Positions 1 to 12,344 of a stretch of 64,000 nt of DNA are shown in pieces (the first letter of the stretch is position 1; every line of letters starts with the position of its first letter). A program made the translations under genes and the position numbers. Under the pieces are notes generated by a model. That model worked only from the letters and a program-made list of their open reading frames with translations, did not search any database and had not been told where the DNA came from. This stretch comes from Squalus acanthias (lineage: Eukaryota), in assembly GCA_030390025.1 (NCBI GenBank), contig CM059432.1:106952001-107016000 (forward strand), read 5' to 3'.

Positions 1-284
1 AATGAGTATATCAAATAAATAGTGGGTCTTTATCTTTTCACTGCCTGCATTACTGACGTTAATTAAAATTTATGCAGGTTTTTAAATCATTTTGACTGCC
101 TCTGATTTGAACTGCAAAATTGCAGAAGAGCCTTCGTAATGAGGAAGAATATATGAATTTTATTGTACAGTGCATACATTCTTCTTGATTAATTCAGTCT
201 GCACAAGGAGATTATTAAACATAATTTAAATGTCAGAAAACTCAGACTGCTACAATATGTTACTGGGAGGGCCAGTATGCTTCA

Positions 285-2961
285 TAGAAATTTACGGCAC
301 TGAAGAAGGCCATTGTGTCTATGCCGTCCGAAAAAGAGCTATCCAGCCTAATCCCACTTTCCAGCTTTTGGTCCGTAGCCCTATAGATTACGACACTTGA
401 CGTGTATATCCAAGTACTTTTTAAATGTGATGAGTGTTTCTGCCTCTACCACCCTTTCAGTCAGTGCGTTCTAGACTCCCACCACCCTCTGGGTGAAAAA
501 CTTTCTCCTCCACTCCCCTCTAATCCTTCTACCAATTACTTCTAATCTATGCCCCCTGGCTATTGACCCTTCTGCTAAGGGAAATAGGTGCTTCCTAGCC
601 ACTCTATCTAGGCCCCTCATAATTTAAAACACCTCAATTAAGTCTCCCCTCAGCCTCCTCTGTTCCAAAGAAAACAACCCCAGCCTATCCAATCTTTCCT
701 CATAGCTAGAATTATTCAGTCCTGGCAACATCCTCGGAAATCTCCTCTGTACCCTCTCTAGCACAATCGCATCTTTCCTGTAATGTGGTGACCAGACCTT
801 TACGCAGTACTCTAGCTGTGGCCTAACTAGTGTTTTATACAGTTCAAGCATAACCTCCCTGCTCTTATATTCTATGCCTCGGCTAATAAAGGAAAGTATC
901 CTGTTTGCCGCCTTAACCATCTTATGTACCTGTCCTGCTACCTTCCGGGATCTGTGGACATGCACTCCAAGGTGCACTTCTACACTTCTCAGTATCCTAC
1001 CATTTATTGTGTATTCCCTTGCCTTGTTAGCCCTCCCCAAATGCATTACCTCACAATTCTCCGGATTGAATTCCATTTGACACTTTTTTCTGCTCACCTG
1101 ACCAGTGATATCTTCCTGCAGTCTACAGCTTTCTTCCTCACTATCAACCACACGGCCAATTTTTGTATCTTTTTTAAATTATTATTCGTTCATAGGATGT
1201 GGGCATCGCTGGCAAGGCCAGCATTTATTGCCCGTCCCTAGTTGCCCTTGAGAAGCCCTTGATCATCTGCAGACTTCTTAATCATGCCCCCGACATTGAA
1301 GTCTTAAGTCATTAATATATACCACAAAAAGCAAGGGACCCCAGTGGAAACAGCCTTCCAGTCACAAAAATACCCATCGGCCAATACCCTTTGCTTCCTG
1401 CCACTGAGCCAATTTTGGATCCAACTTGCCATTTTTCCTTGGATCCCACAGGCTTTTACTTTTCTGACTAGTCTGCCATGTAGGACGTTGTAAAAAGCCT
1501 TGCTAAAATCCATCTAGACTACATCAAATGCGTTGCCCTCATTGACCCTCCTTGTTGCCTCCTCAAAAAATTCAATCAAGTTAGTCAGACATGACCTTCC
1601 CTTAACAAATCCATGCTGACTGTCCTTGATTAATCTGTGCCTTTCTAAATTATGATTAATACTGTCCCTCAGAATTTTCTCCAATAATTTGTTAGGCTGA
1701 CTGGCCTGTAATTACTCGGTCTATCCCTTTCTTCCTTTTTAAACAACGGTACAACGTTAGGAGTCTTCCAGTCTTCCGGCACCACACCTGTATCCAGAGA
1801 GGTTTGGAAAATGATGGTCAGAGCCTCCGCTATTTCCTCCCTTGCTTCTCGAAACAGCCTGGGATAGATTTCAACTGGGCCTGGCGATTTATCTACTTTC
1901 AAAGATGCTAAACCCCTTAATATTTCCTCTCTCACTATGTTTATCTCATCTGATATTTCACACTCCTCCTCCTTAACTACAATGTCTGCATCGTCCCTCT
2001 CCTTTGTGAAGACAGACGCAAAGTATTCATTAAGAACCATGCCCACTTCTTCCGCCTCCATGCACAGGTTACCTTTTTGGTCTCTAATAGATCCTACTCT
2101 TTCCTTGGTTATCCTCTTACTCTTTATGTATTTATGATACATCTTTGGGCTTTCCTTGATTTTATTTGCCAATATTTTTTGTGCCCTCTCTTTGCTTTCC
2201 TAATTTCCTTTTTTAATTTCACCCCTGCACTTTCTAAACTCCTCTTGGCTTTCAGCAGTATTTAGCTTTCGGTATCTGACATAAGCTTCCCTTTTTTGCC
2301 TTATCCTACCCTGTATACCCCTTGACATCCAGGGGTCTCTAGATTTGGGGGTCCCACACTTTTTCTTTGTGGGAACATATTTGCTCTGAACCCTCACTAT
2401 ATCTCCTCCTTGAATGGCCACCACTGCTCTGACACAGCTTTACCTTCAAGTAGCTGTTTCCAGTCCACTTTTGCTAAATCACATCTCAGCTTAGTAAAAT
2501 TGTTCTTTTCCCAATCGAGAACTCCTGGTCTATCTTTGTCCTTTTCCATAACTACATTAAATCTAACTGAATTATGTTCACTGCCACCCCCAAAAATGCT
2601 CTCCCACTGATACCCTTTCCACCTGCCCAGCTTCATTCCCTAATACTAAGTCCAGAACCGCCCCTCTCTTGTTGGACTTGCTACGTACTTGCTAAAAAAG
2701 TTCTCCTGAATGCATTTTAAGAATTCTGCACCCTCTATACCTTTTACACTGATTCTATCCCAGTTAATATTAAGGTAGTTGAAATTCCCTACTGTTACTG
2801 CTCTATTGTTTTTGCACTTCTCAGAAATTTGCCTACATATTTGCTCTTCTATCTCCCTCTGACTATTTAGGAGTCTATAGTACACTCCCAGCCGTGTCAT
2901 TGTCCCTTTTTTGTTCTTCAGTTCAACTCATATGGCCTCATTTGATGAGGCCTTCTAACAT
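285..2961 (-). mobile_element. CR1 LINE copy A, 3' part (degenerate ORF2 RT and 3' tail)
   Basis: Minus-strand ORF fragments contain CR1 RT motifs (DKSPGP, NYRPVSLT, MDFSKAF, LVRPQLEYC, LEQRRLRGDLIEV). The 3' tail is near 285. There are several frameshifts. Confidence 0.93.
1170..1261 (-). mobile_element. Short 3' tail of a second LINE family inserted in CR1 copy A
   Basis: T-run then ggatgtgggcatcgctggcaaggccagcatttattgccc, the reverse complement of the 3' end at about 36530-36617. Host GTATC|ATCTGCA is interrupted, with ATC on both sides. Confidence 0.8.
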
Positions 2962-5419
2962 CCTTCTGCAATAATTGTGGGTGATTTTAATCTACATATA
3001 GATTGGACAAATCAAATTGGCAAAGGTAGCCTTGAGGACGAGTTCATAAAGTGTATTCAGGACAGTTTCTTCGAACAATACATTGTGGAACCAACCAGGG
3101 AACAGGCTATTTTAGATCTGGTAATGAGACAGGATTAATTAATGATCTCATAGTGAAGGATCCTCCAGGGAAGAGTGATCAAAACATGATAGAATTTCAC
3201 ATTCAGATTGAGGGTGAGAAACTTGGGTCTGAAACTAGTGTCTTAAACTTAAAGACAATTACAAGGGTATGAAGACAGAGTTGGCTAAAGTGGACTGGGA
3301 AAATAGATTAAAAGGTAAGACGGTAGATAAGCAGTGGCAGACGTCTAAGGAGATATTTCATAACTCTCAACAAAGATATATTCCAGTGAGAAAGAAAGAC
3401 TACGAGAAGGATGAACCATTCGTGGCTTACTAAGGAAGTTAAGGAGGGTATCAAATTGAAAGAAAAGGCATACAATGTTGCGAAGATTAGTGGTAGGCCA
3501 GAAGATTGGGAAATTTTTAGAAACTTGCAAAGGATGAGTAAAAAAAACAAAGAGGGAGAAAATAGATTGAGAGTAAACTAGCAAGAAATATAAAAACAGA
3601 CAGTAAGAGCTTCTACAAGTATATAAAAAGGAAGAGAGTAGCTAAAGTAAACATTGGTCCCTTAGAGGATGAGACTGGGGAAATTAATAATGGGAAACAA
3701 GGAAATGGCAGAGACTTTGAACAAATATTTTGTATCTGTCTTCACGGTAGAAGACACTAAAAGCATCCCAATAATAGTGGAAAATCAAGGGGCAAAAGGG
3801 AAGGAGGAAACTAAAACAATCACTATCACTAGAGGGAAAAGTACTAGGCAAAGTAGTAAGACTAAAGGCTGACAAGTCCCCTGGACCTGATGGCCTGCAT
3901 CCTAGGGTCTTAAAAGAAGTGGATGCATTGGTTGTCAACTTCCAAAATTCCCTAGACTTTGGAAAGGTCCCAGCGGATTGGAAAACCGCAGATGGAACGC
4001 CCATTTTCAAGAAAGGAGGGAGACAGAAAGTAGGAAACTATAGGCCAGTTAGCCTAACATCTGTCATTGGGAAAACGCTGGAATCCATTATTAAGGAAGT
4101 AGTAGAAGGACATTTAGAAAATCGTAATACAATCAAGCAGAGTCAACATGGTTTTATAAAAGGGAAATCGTGTTTGACAAATTTATTAGAGTTCTTTGAG
4201 GATGTAATGAGCAGGGTGGATAAAGGGGAACCAGTAGATGTCGTGTACTTGGATTTCCAAAAGGCATTCGATAAGGTGCCACATAAAAGGTTACTGCACA
4301 AGATAAGAGCTCATGGTGTTGGGGGTAATATATTAGCATGGATAGAGGATTGGCTAACTAACAGAGAGTCGGGATAAATGGGTCATTTTCAGGTAGGCAA
4401 ACTGTAACTAGTGGGGTGCCACAGGGATCAGTGCTGGGGCCTCAACTATTTACAATCTATATTAATGACTTCGATGAAGGGACCAAGCGTACTGTAGTCA
4501 AATTTGCTGACAATACAAAGATAAGTGGGAAAGCAAGTTGTGAGGAGGACACAGAGTCTGCAAAGGGATATAGATAGGTTAAGTGAGTGGGTAAAAATTT
4601 GGTAGATGGAGTATAATGTGGCAAAATATGAGGTCATCCACTTTGGTAGGAAGAATAGAAAAGCAAAATATTATTTAAATGGAGAGAGACACTACAGAAT
4701 GCTGCGGTACTAAGGGATCTGGGTGTCCTTGTACATGAAACACACAATGTTAGCATGCAGGTACAGCAAGTAATTAGGAAGGCAAATGGAATGTTGGCCT
4801 TTATTGCAAGGGGGATGGAGTATAAAAGTAGGGAAGTCTTGCTACAACTGTACAGCGTGTTGGTGAGACCGCACCTAGAATACTGCATACAGTCTCTTTA
4901 TTTAAGGAGGGATATACTTGCATTGGAGGCAGTTCAGAGAAGGTCAACTAGGTTGTTTCCAGGGATGAAGGGGTTGTCTTATGAGGAAAGGTTGAGCAGG
5001 TTGGGCCTATACTCATTGGAGTTTAGAAGAATGAGAGGTGATCTTATTGAAACATATAAGATTCTGAGGGGGCTTGACGGTAGATGCTGAGAGGATGTTT
5101 CCCCTCGTGGGGGAGTCTCGAACTAGGGGGCATAGTTTCAGAATAAGGGGTCGCCCATTTAAGGAGATGAGGAGGAATTTCTTCTGAGGGTCGTGAATCT
5201 TTGGAGTTCTCTACCCCAGAGAGCTGTGGAGGCTGAATTATTGAATATATTCAAGGTGGAGATAGACAGATTTTTGAACTACAGAGGAGTCCAGGGTTAT
5301 GGGGAACAGGTAGAAAAGTGGAGTTGAGGCCAAGATCAGATCAGCCATGATCTTATTGAATGGCGGAGCAGGCTCGAAGGGCCGAATGGCCGACTCTTGC
5401 TCCTATTTCTTATGTTCTT
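2962..5419 (+). mobile_element. CR1 LINE copy B (5'-truncated ORF2), nested antisense inside copy A
   Basis: ORFs 3919-4377 (NYRPVSLT, SQHGF, YLDFQKAFDKVPH) and 4755-5090. Ends in a CR1 tail (..tatttcttatgttctt). Copy A resumes directly after it. Confidence 0.93.
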
Positions 5420-6165
5420 ATATCATCCCTCCTCACAGCTGTAATAGTTTATTTAATCAATATTGCGACTCCCCCTCCTTTTTTATGCCCCTCTCTATCT
5501 TGTCTGAAAACCCTGTAACCAGGAATGTTGAGCAGCCATTCCTGTCCTTTCAGCCATGTTTCAGTAATAGCTATGATATCATACTTCCACGTGTACTTCT
5601 GTGCCCTCAGCTCATCTGTCTTATTCACTAGACTCATTGCATTGAAGCATATACCCCTTGACATCCAGGCGGCTCTAGATTTGGGGGTCCCACCCTTTTT
5701 CTTTGTGGGAACATATTTGCTCTGAACCCTCACTATCTCCTCCTTGAATGCCCACCACTGCTCTGACACAGATTTACTTTGAAGTATCTGTTTCCAGTCC
5801 ATTAAGCACTGCCAAACCTCTTTGTTGTCTATTTTCTAGCCTTTGATTCCTCTGCCTTTCAAACTCACGTACTAATTTTCTGTCTTCCATTTCCAGTTTT
5901 GCTTCTCTCCCTTCTGAATCTACGCTGAATCAGGTTCCCATCCTCCTGCCAAGCTCGTTTAAACCCTCCCCAACAGCACGAGCAAACCACCTCGTCCCCG
6001 GCGAGGATATTGATCCCGCTCCTGTTGAGGTGCAACCTGTCCGGCTTGTCCAGGTTCCACCTCCCCCAGAACCAGTCCCAATGCCTCAGGAATCTAAAGC
6101 CCTCCCTCCTGCATCATCTCTCCAGCCACACATTCATCTGCGCTATCCTCCAATTTCTGTACTCA
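5420..6165 (-). mobile_element. CR1 LINE copy A, 5' part (APE endonuclease N-terminus and end of ORF1)
   Basis: Minus ORF has YDIIAITETWL..PGYRVFRQDRE..GGGVAILIK. The sequence is collinear with copy C at 20456-20930. Confidence 0.85.
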
Positions 6166-6166
6166 T

Positions 6167-6425
6167 AAATATTGGCCAGCACATAGGGGAGAGCTCCCCT
6201 GCTCTTTTGAAGTAGTGCCATGCGATCTTTTACATCCACATGAGAGAGCAGACGGGGCCTCAATTTAATGTCTCATCCGAAAGACGGCACCTCCGACAGT
6301 GCCGCATTCCCTCAGTACTGCACTGGAGTGTCAGCCTCGAGTTTGTGCTCAAATCCCTTAAGTGGGGCTTGAACCCACAAACCTTCTGACTTAGAGTAGT
6401 ATGTGCTGCTGATTTGAGCCACAGC
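6167..6425 (-). mobile_element. tRNA-derived Deu-domain SINE (SacSINE1-like), partial
   Basis: Reverse complement matches the copy at 59725-60172: head gtggctc..gggttcaagcccca and Deu-like core gtggatgtaaaagatc..atggcact. Confidence 0.75.
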
Positions 6426-7269
6426 AGACATCCAATCCATACTTCAGCTGGGCTGCCACTTTGGTCCAGCCTGGGAGCCAATATGGTACAGTCCAACCCT
6501 GAAAGGTTGGCTGAGAAGTGCCAACCTCCATCAAAGGGAATGGGACACAGGCAACCACTCTACACTACTGACGTATTACAAGAGGTGATGTATATCTCTT
6601 TAAGACTAGTGGAAATGCTTTGTACAAAAAAAGAACTGCCTCAACCTATGGAGCAGTGTACTCACCGGGGTTGATTAGTAATCTGGAAGTACGTGAACTT
6701 TAGTGATTGTTGCATAATTAGATTTAATACTGAATAAAAAGGCTAAGACCAAAAATAACTACAGTGGTGCATAACTTTAGGAGAACACACTTTGGAACTA
6801 GAAGAGCTTGGGGAAGGACTCAGTGAGAAGCAGAACTAGAAAACAGAAGAAAGTAGAATTTTTATAAACCATTTTAAGGTATGGATTGCATTGCCATAAC
6901 TAGCCTTTTAAATTGAAATCCCCACTCTCCAATGCCCTTAACAATGCTGGATGCCTGGGGTGTACATGTGTTGCTAGGCTGCAAAGGATGGAAAATACAT
7001 TTTTTGTTCAGACATACCCCAACGTCACTCACTTCTAGCAGAAAATTTCAGCAGTGCCCCCGGGATGTCGGGGGTCAGCCTACGCTATTTTTGTGCCCTA
7101 ACTGCCCACGTTACACTGGTTACCTCGAATTTTCTATTGGGTTATGCTAGTTTTTGGTGTAATCCGACTGGAAATTTGGACCTGTCTCTTGACAAAAGAA
7201 AAACCTGGCAATAATTTGACTGCAATTGTTAAATAAGGGAAACTAACCTAAAGGCCAAACAGGTACCAA

Positions 7270-9897
7270 CATCCCTCCGGAACCTTCTTCCCCTTCACTT
7301 TCCTCTGACCCCCCTTCTCCCAATCTCACCCCCTGCTGCGTTTTCACTATCCCCTCTGACCTTCCCCTTTCTGACCCCGAACGATCAGTCCTCAGCAAAG
7401 GCCTGAGCTTCATCCCCTTACGCCCCCACCTCAATGAATTTCAAGCTCGGCACGATGCTGAGCTCTTTTTCCGCCGCCTTCGTCTCCGTGCCCACTTCTT
7501 TGGCCAGGAGTCTTCCCCCCGCACAGCTGACCCTTTCTCCCACTTTCAGAATTCCCGTTCTACCTGGACCCCTCCCTTTGGCCTCTTACCCTCTCTAGAT
7601 CTTTTCATTGCAAACTGCCGGCGTCACATCGGCCCTCTCAATTTCTCTGCTCCCCTCTCTCACTCCAAGCTACCTCCCTCTGAACTTGCAGCACTCTATT
7701 CCCTCAGATCCAACCCCGACATTGTCATTAAACCTGCTGACAAGGGTGGTGCTGTTGTTGTTTAGCATACCGACCTCTACCTAGCGGAAGCTGAACGCCA
7801 ACTCTCCGACACCTCCTCCTACCTCCACCTGGACCATGACCCCACTACCGAACATCAAACCACCATTTCCAAGACCGTCACTGACCTCCTCTCCTCTGGA
7901 GATCTTCCCCCCACGGCCGCCAACCTCATAGTTCCCCAACCCCGCACAGCCCGCTTCTGCCTCCTTGCCAAGATCCACAAACAGGACTGCCCCGGTAGAC
8001 CCATCGTTTCAGCCTGTTCTTGCCCCACGGAACTTATTATCTCTTCCTATCTCGACTCTTTTTTCTCCCCTTGTCCAGTCTCTTCCCACCTACATCCGCG
8101 ACTCTTCCGACGCCCTCCGCCACTTTAACAGTTTCCAGTTTCCCGGCCCCAACCGCCTCCTTTTCACTATGGACGTACAATCCCTCTACACCTCCATTCC
8201 CCACCAGGATGGCCTGAGGGCACTCCGCTTCTTCCTTGAACAGAGGCCCAACCAGTCCCCATCCACCACCACCCTCCTCCGCCTGGCTGAACTTGTTCTC
8301 GCATTGAACAACTTCTCCTTTGACTCCACCCATTTCCTCCAAATCAAAGGTGTTGCTATGGGAACCCGCATGGGTCCTAGCTATGCCTGCCTTTTCGTGG
8401 GATATGTGGAACACTCTTTGTTCCAGCCCTACTCGGGTCCCCTCCCTCACCTCTTTTTCCGGTACATTGATGACTGAATCGGTGCCGTCTCCTGCTCTCG
8501 CCCTGAACTAGAACATTTCATTCACTATGCTTCCAATTTCCACCCTTCCCTCACCTTCACATGGTCCATCTCCGACTCTTCCCTTCCCTTCCTCGACTTC
8601 TCCGTCTCCATCTCTGGGGATAGGTTATTGACTAACATTCACTACAAGCCCACTGACTCCCACAGCTACCTGGACTACACTTCCTCCCACCCCGCCTCCT
8701 GTAAGGACTCTTCCATTCTCCCAGTTTCTCCGTCTCCGCCGCATCTGCTCTGACGATGCCACCTTCCATACCAGTGCTTCCGACATGTCTTCCTTTTTCC
8801 TCAACCGAGGATTCCCCTCTACTGTGGTCAACACGGCCCTCGACCGTGTCCGTTCTATCTCCCGCACTTCTGCCCTCACCCCTGCCCCTCCCTCCTGGAA
8901 CCACGATAGAGTTCCCCTTGTCCTCACCTTTCACCCCACCAGCCTCCACATTCAACAGATCATCCTCCGCCATTTCCGCCACCTCCAGCGTGATCCCACC
9001 ACCAAACGCATCTTCCCCTCACCTCCCCTTTCAGCATTCCGAAGGGACCGCTCCCTCCGCGACACCCTGCTCCACTCCTCTATCACCCCCAACACCTCTT
9101 CCCCTTCGCCCGGCACCTTCCCGTGCAAGCGCAGGAGATGCAACACATACCCTTATACCTCCCCTCTTCCCACTGTCCAGGGCCCCAAACACCCCTTCCA
9201 GGTGAAACAGCGATTTACTTGTACTTCCTGCAATTTAGTATACTGTATTCGCTGCTCACGATGTGGTCTCCTCTACATTGGGGAGACCAAACGCAGATTG
9301 GGTGACCGCTTTGCGGAACACCTTCGTTCAGTCCGTAAGGTGGACCCCGAGCTCCCGGTGGCCTGTCACTTTAATTCTCCGCTCCACTCCCACTCTGACC
9401 TCACCATCCTCGGCCTATTACACTGTTCCACGGAAGCTCAGCGTAAGCTCGAGGAACAGCACCTCATCTTTCGTTTAGGCACCCTACAGCCCTCTGGACT
9501 CAATATCAAGTTCAACAATTTTAGATCATAACCTCGGCCCCTAGCACATATATATTTTATCTTTTCATCCACCCTTTTGTTTGGCCCCCCCTTTTTTTCC
9601 CTCCCAGAAGCTGGCAGCTGTCCTTCATTCTGCCAGTGCATTTTACACTTCTTTTAGCCTCAACCTGTCACATTAACACCTCCTCTTCCCTTGATCATCT
9701 CTTAATGTCTCTTAATCTCTCCTTTTGTTCTTTCATCCCCTCCCCCTTTTCCCAGCTTTATCCTTGCTTTAAATCTATTTCATTTCCTGACTTTTTCCAG
9801 TTCTGACGAAAGGTCTTCGACCTGAAACGTTAACTCTGTTTCTCTCTCCACGGATGCTGCCTGGCCTGCTGAGTTTTTCCAGTGTTTTCTGTTGTTA
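7270..9897 (+). mobile_element. Penelope-like retroelement (RT + GIY-YIG endonuclease, probably Neptune type), frameshifted
   Basis: RT motifs FTMDVQSLYTSIPH, QIKGVAMGTRMGPSYA and FFRYIDD (7965-8477). GIY-YIG LVYCIRCSRCGLLYIGETKRRLGDRFAEH with a Cys-containing linker (8785-9531). C-rich strand and pLTR-like tail. Confidence 0.93.
9799..9835 (+). ncRNA. Minimal hammerhead ribozyme motif in Penelope 3' region
   Basis: AGTT-CTGACGA-A-AGGTC/TTC/GACCT-GAAA-CGTT-AACT: CUGANGA and GAAA cores, a perfect 5-bp stem II, a palindromic stem III and an AGTT/AACT stem I. Confidence 0.75.
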
Positions 9898-11112
9898 TTT
9901 AGGTATTTTTAAAAATAGGTAGGAAAAAGTAATGAGGATTGAGAATCCTGCAAAAACCACTTGAGAATAACTGAATAAATATTAAAAGTGGCAAGAGAGC
10001 AATAGAAGGTCATATTGTTGAGAGCCACAGGGATCCAAAGACATTTGTAGCCATGTTAGTCGTAAACATGTGTTGAATAATTTGGGAAAAGATGTAGAGG
10101 AATAGGAAATGTGTCTAGTAGTTTCTTCACAATTGAAGTATGTGTTCAAATTCCAGATTGTCACTTTGGCTCTGGAATCTCTAATGCAAAGAAACATTAG
10201 TAAAGTTTGTCAGCAAAGCCTGTGGGCATCCAAGAATCCTGAAGGGAATAGGTGAGTTTCTGCTAAAAGGTTTTGAGTATAGCCCCCACTACTTAACGCC
10301 CACATTTAAAACAGGCACTCGCTTATATTGGTCAAAATGCGATAACCATTAGCCATTTGCATGAACGTTAATTTCAAAGTTGCTGGTTACAGCGTCTTAA
10401 GTGCTCCGTTTATTTTGGGCAGAAACAGCTGTTCTTACTCACCTGTGATATTGTATGAGTGTACACATGACAAACTGCTGCATTTTTAAAAAATATATTT
10501 ATATTTAATAAAAATAACACTTCATGCACAATATGTATTGGCTTTTAAACAGTTCATTGCTGAACTAAGCACCAAAAACTGAAGGACAAATCAGGCAGTG
10601 TATTATCTCGGGGAGAAAATCTTGTAGCGCTCTTGTAATCTGCTGCCGGTGTCCACAATTTAGCGCTCTTATAATCTAGTGTCCAGAGCTTTCTATTCAA
10701 ACTTCAACAAGAAATGAAGTGAATGAGTAATGAAGTGAATGAGTAAAGAATTCAATGGGGTGGATTCTACATACACCGCATAATTGAATGGCGCTAGCAT
10801 GGGTACGCTGCAGGTGAGTGAAGGAGAGAAACAGGGTCGTGCTGTCTGGTGTCCGGTATCAGCAGCAGGCCCTGAGGCTGGCGAAACTGGGTCACTAACG
10901 TGATCCACAGACAGTGTGTGTGTTATACCGGCCTTTGTGTGTAACAGGCAAATTGCATTTGCACAAATGCGTCCGCTATAAGCGGTGGTGATTGTACCAC
11001 AAACGCAGGAGCTGTACCTGAGGAATGGAGACTAGCTAGCATCAATGTTCACGGCCACGCAGTAATGGGAAAGGTCCTGCACAGGCCGCTCACTGGCTTT
11101 TACATTGTAAAT

Positions 11113-12344
11113 AGTCGGCAGCACCGAGCAGGCAGTACTTAAACTGAGCGGGACCCGAGGACAGTGCGGACCTGCGAGGAGTCGGCAGCACCGCGGAGGC
11201 AGTACTTAAACTGAGCGGGATCCGAGGACAGCGCGGACTTGCGAGGAGTCGGCAGCACCGCGGAGGCAGTACTTAAACTGAGCGGGACCCGAGGACAGCG
11301 CGGACCAGCGAGGAGTCGGCAGTACCGCGGCGGCAGTACTTAAACTGAGCGGGACCCGAGGACAGCGCGGACCAGCGAGGAGTCGGCAGTACCGCGGCGG
11401 CAGTACTTAAACTGAGCGGGACCCAAGGACAGTGCGGACCTGCGAGGAGTCGGCAGCAACGCGGAGGCAGTACTTAAACTGAGCGGGACCCGAGGACAGT
11501 GCGGACCTGCGAGGAGTCGGCAGCAACGCGGAGGCAGTACTTAAACTGAGCGGGACCCGAGGACAGTGCGGACCTGCGAGGAGTCGGCAGCAACGCGGAG
11601 GCAGTACTTAAACTGAGCGGGACCCGAGGACAGCGCGGACCTGCGAGGAGTCACCAGCAACGCGGAGGCAGTACTTAAACTGAGCGGGACCCGAGGACAG
11701 TGCGGACCTGCGAGGAGTCACCAGCAACGCGGAGGCAGTACTTAAACTGAGCGGGACCCGAGGACAGCGCGGACCTGCGAGGAGTCACCAGCAACGCGGA
11801 GGCAGTACTTAAACTGAGCGGGACCCGAGGACAGCGCGGACCTGCGAGGAGTCACCAGCAACGCGGAGGCAGTACTTAAACTGAGCGGGACCCGAGGACA
11901 GCGCGGACCTGCGAGGAGTCACCAGCAACGCGGAGGCAGTACTTAAACTGAGCGGGACCCGAGGACAGCGCGGACCTGCGAGGAGTCACCAGCAACGCGG
12001 AGGCAGTACTTAAACTGAGCGGGACCCGAGGACAGCGCGGACCTGCGAGGAGTCACCAGCAACGCGGAGGCAGTACTTAAACTGAGCGGGACCCGAGGAC
12101 AGCGCGGACCTGCGAGGAGTCACCAGCAACGCGGAGGCAGTACTTAAACTGAGCGGGACCCGAGGACAGCGCGGACCTGCGAGGAGTCACCAGCAACGCG
12201 GAGGCAGTACTTAAACTGAGCGGGACCCGAGGACAGCGCGGACCTGCGAGGAGTCACCAGCAACGCGGAGGCAGTACTTAAACTGAGCGGGACCCGAGGA
12301 CAGCGCGGACCTGCGAGGAGTCACCAGCAACGCGGAGGCAGTAC
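11113..12344 (+). repeat. 67-bp GC/CpG-rich tandem array (about 18.4 copies) at the 5' end of CR1 copy D
   Basis: Unit gcagtacttaaactgagcgggacccgaggacagcgcggacctgcgaggagtcaccagcaacgcggag recurs every 67 bp from 11132 to 12338, with no spacers. Confidence 0.97.

Noticed and set aside
7270..9531. Intact, active Penelope ORF
   Set aside because: In-frame stops (for example right after YIDD) and frameshifts split the RT and EN regions.
10620..10748. Short direct repeats (tagcgctctt.taatct twice; aatgaagtgaatgagt twice)
   Set aside because: These are simple local duplications with no further structure I can support.
11113..12344. CRISPR-like array
   Set aside because: The units are contiguous and near-identical with no unique spacers. 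There are no cas genes and the context is a vertebrate intron.
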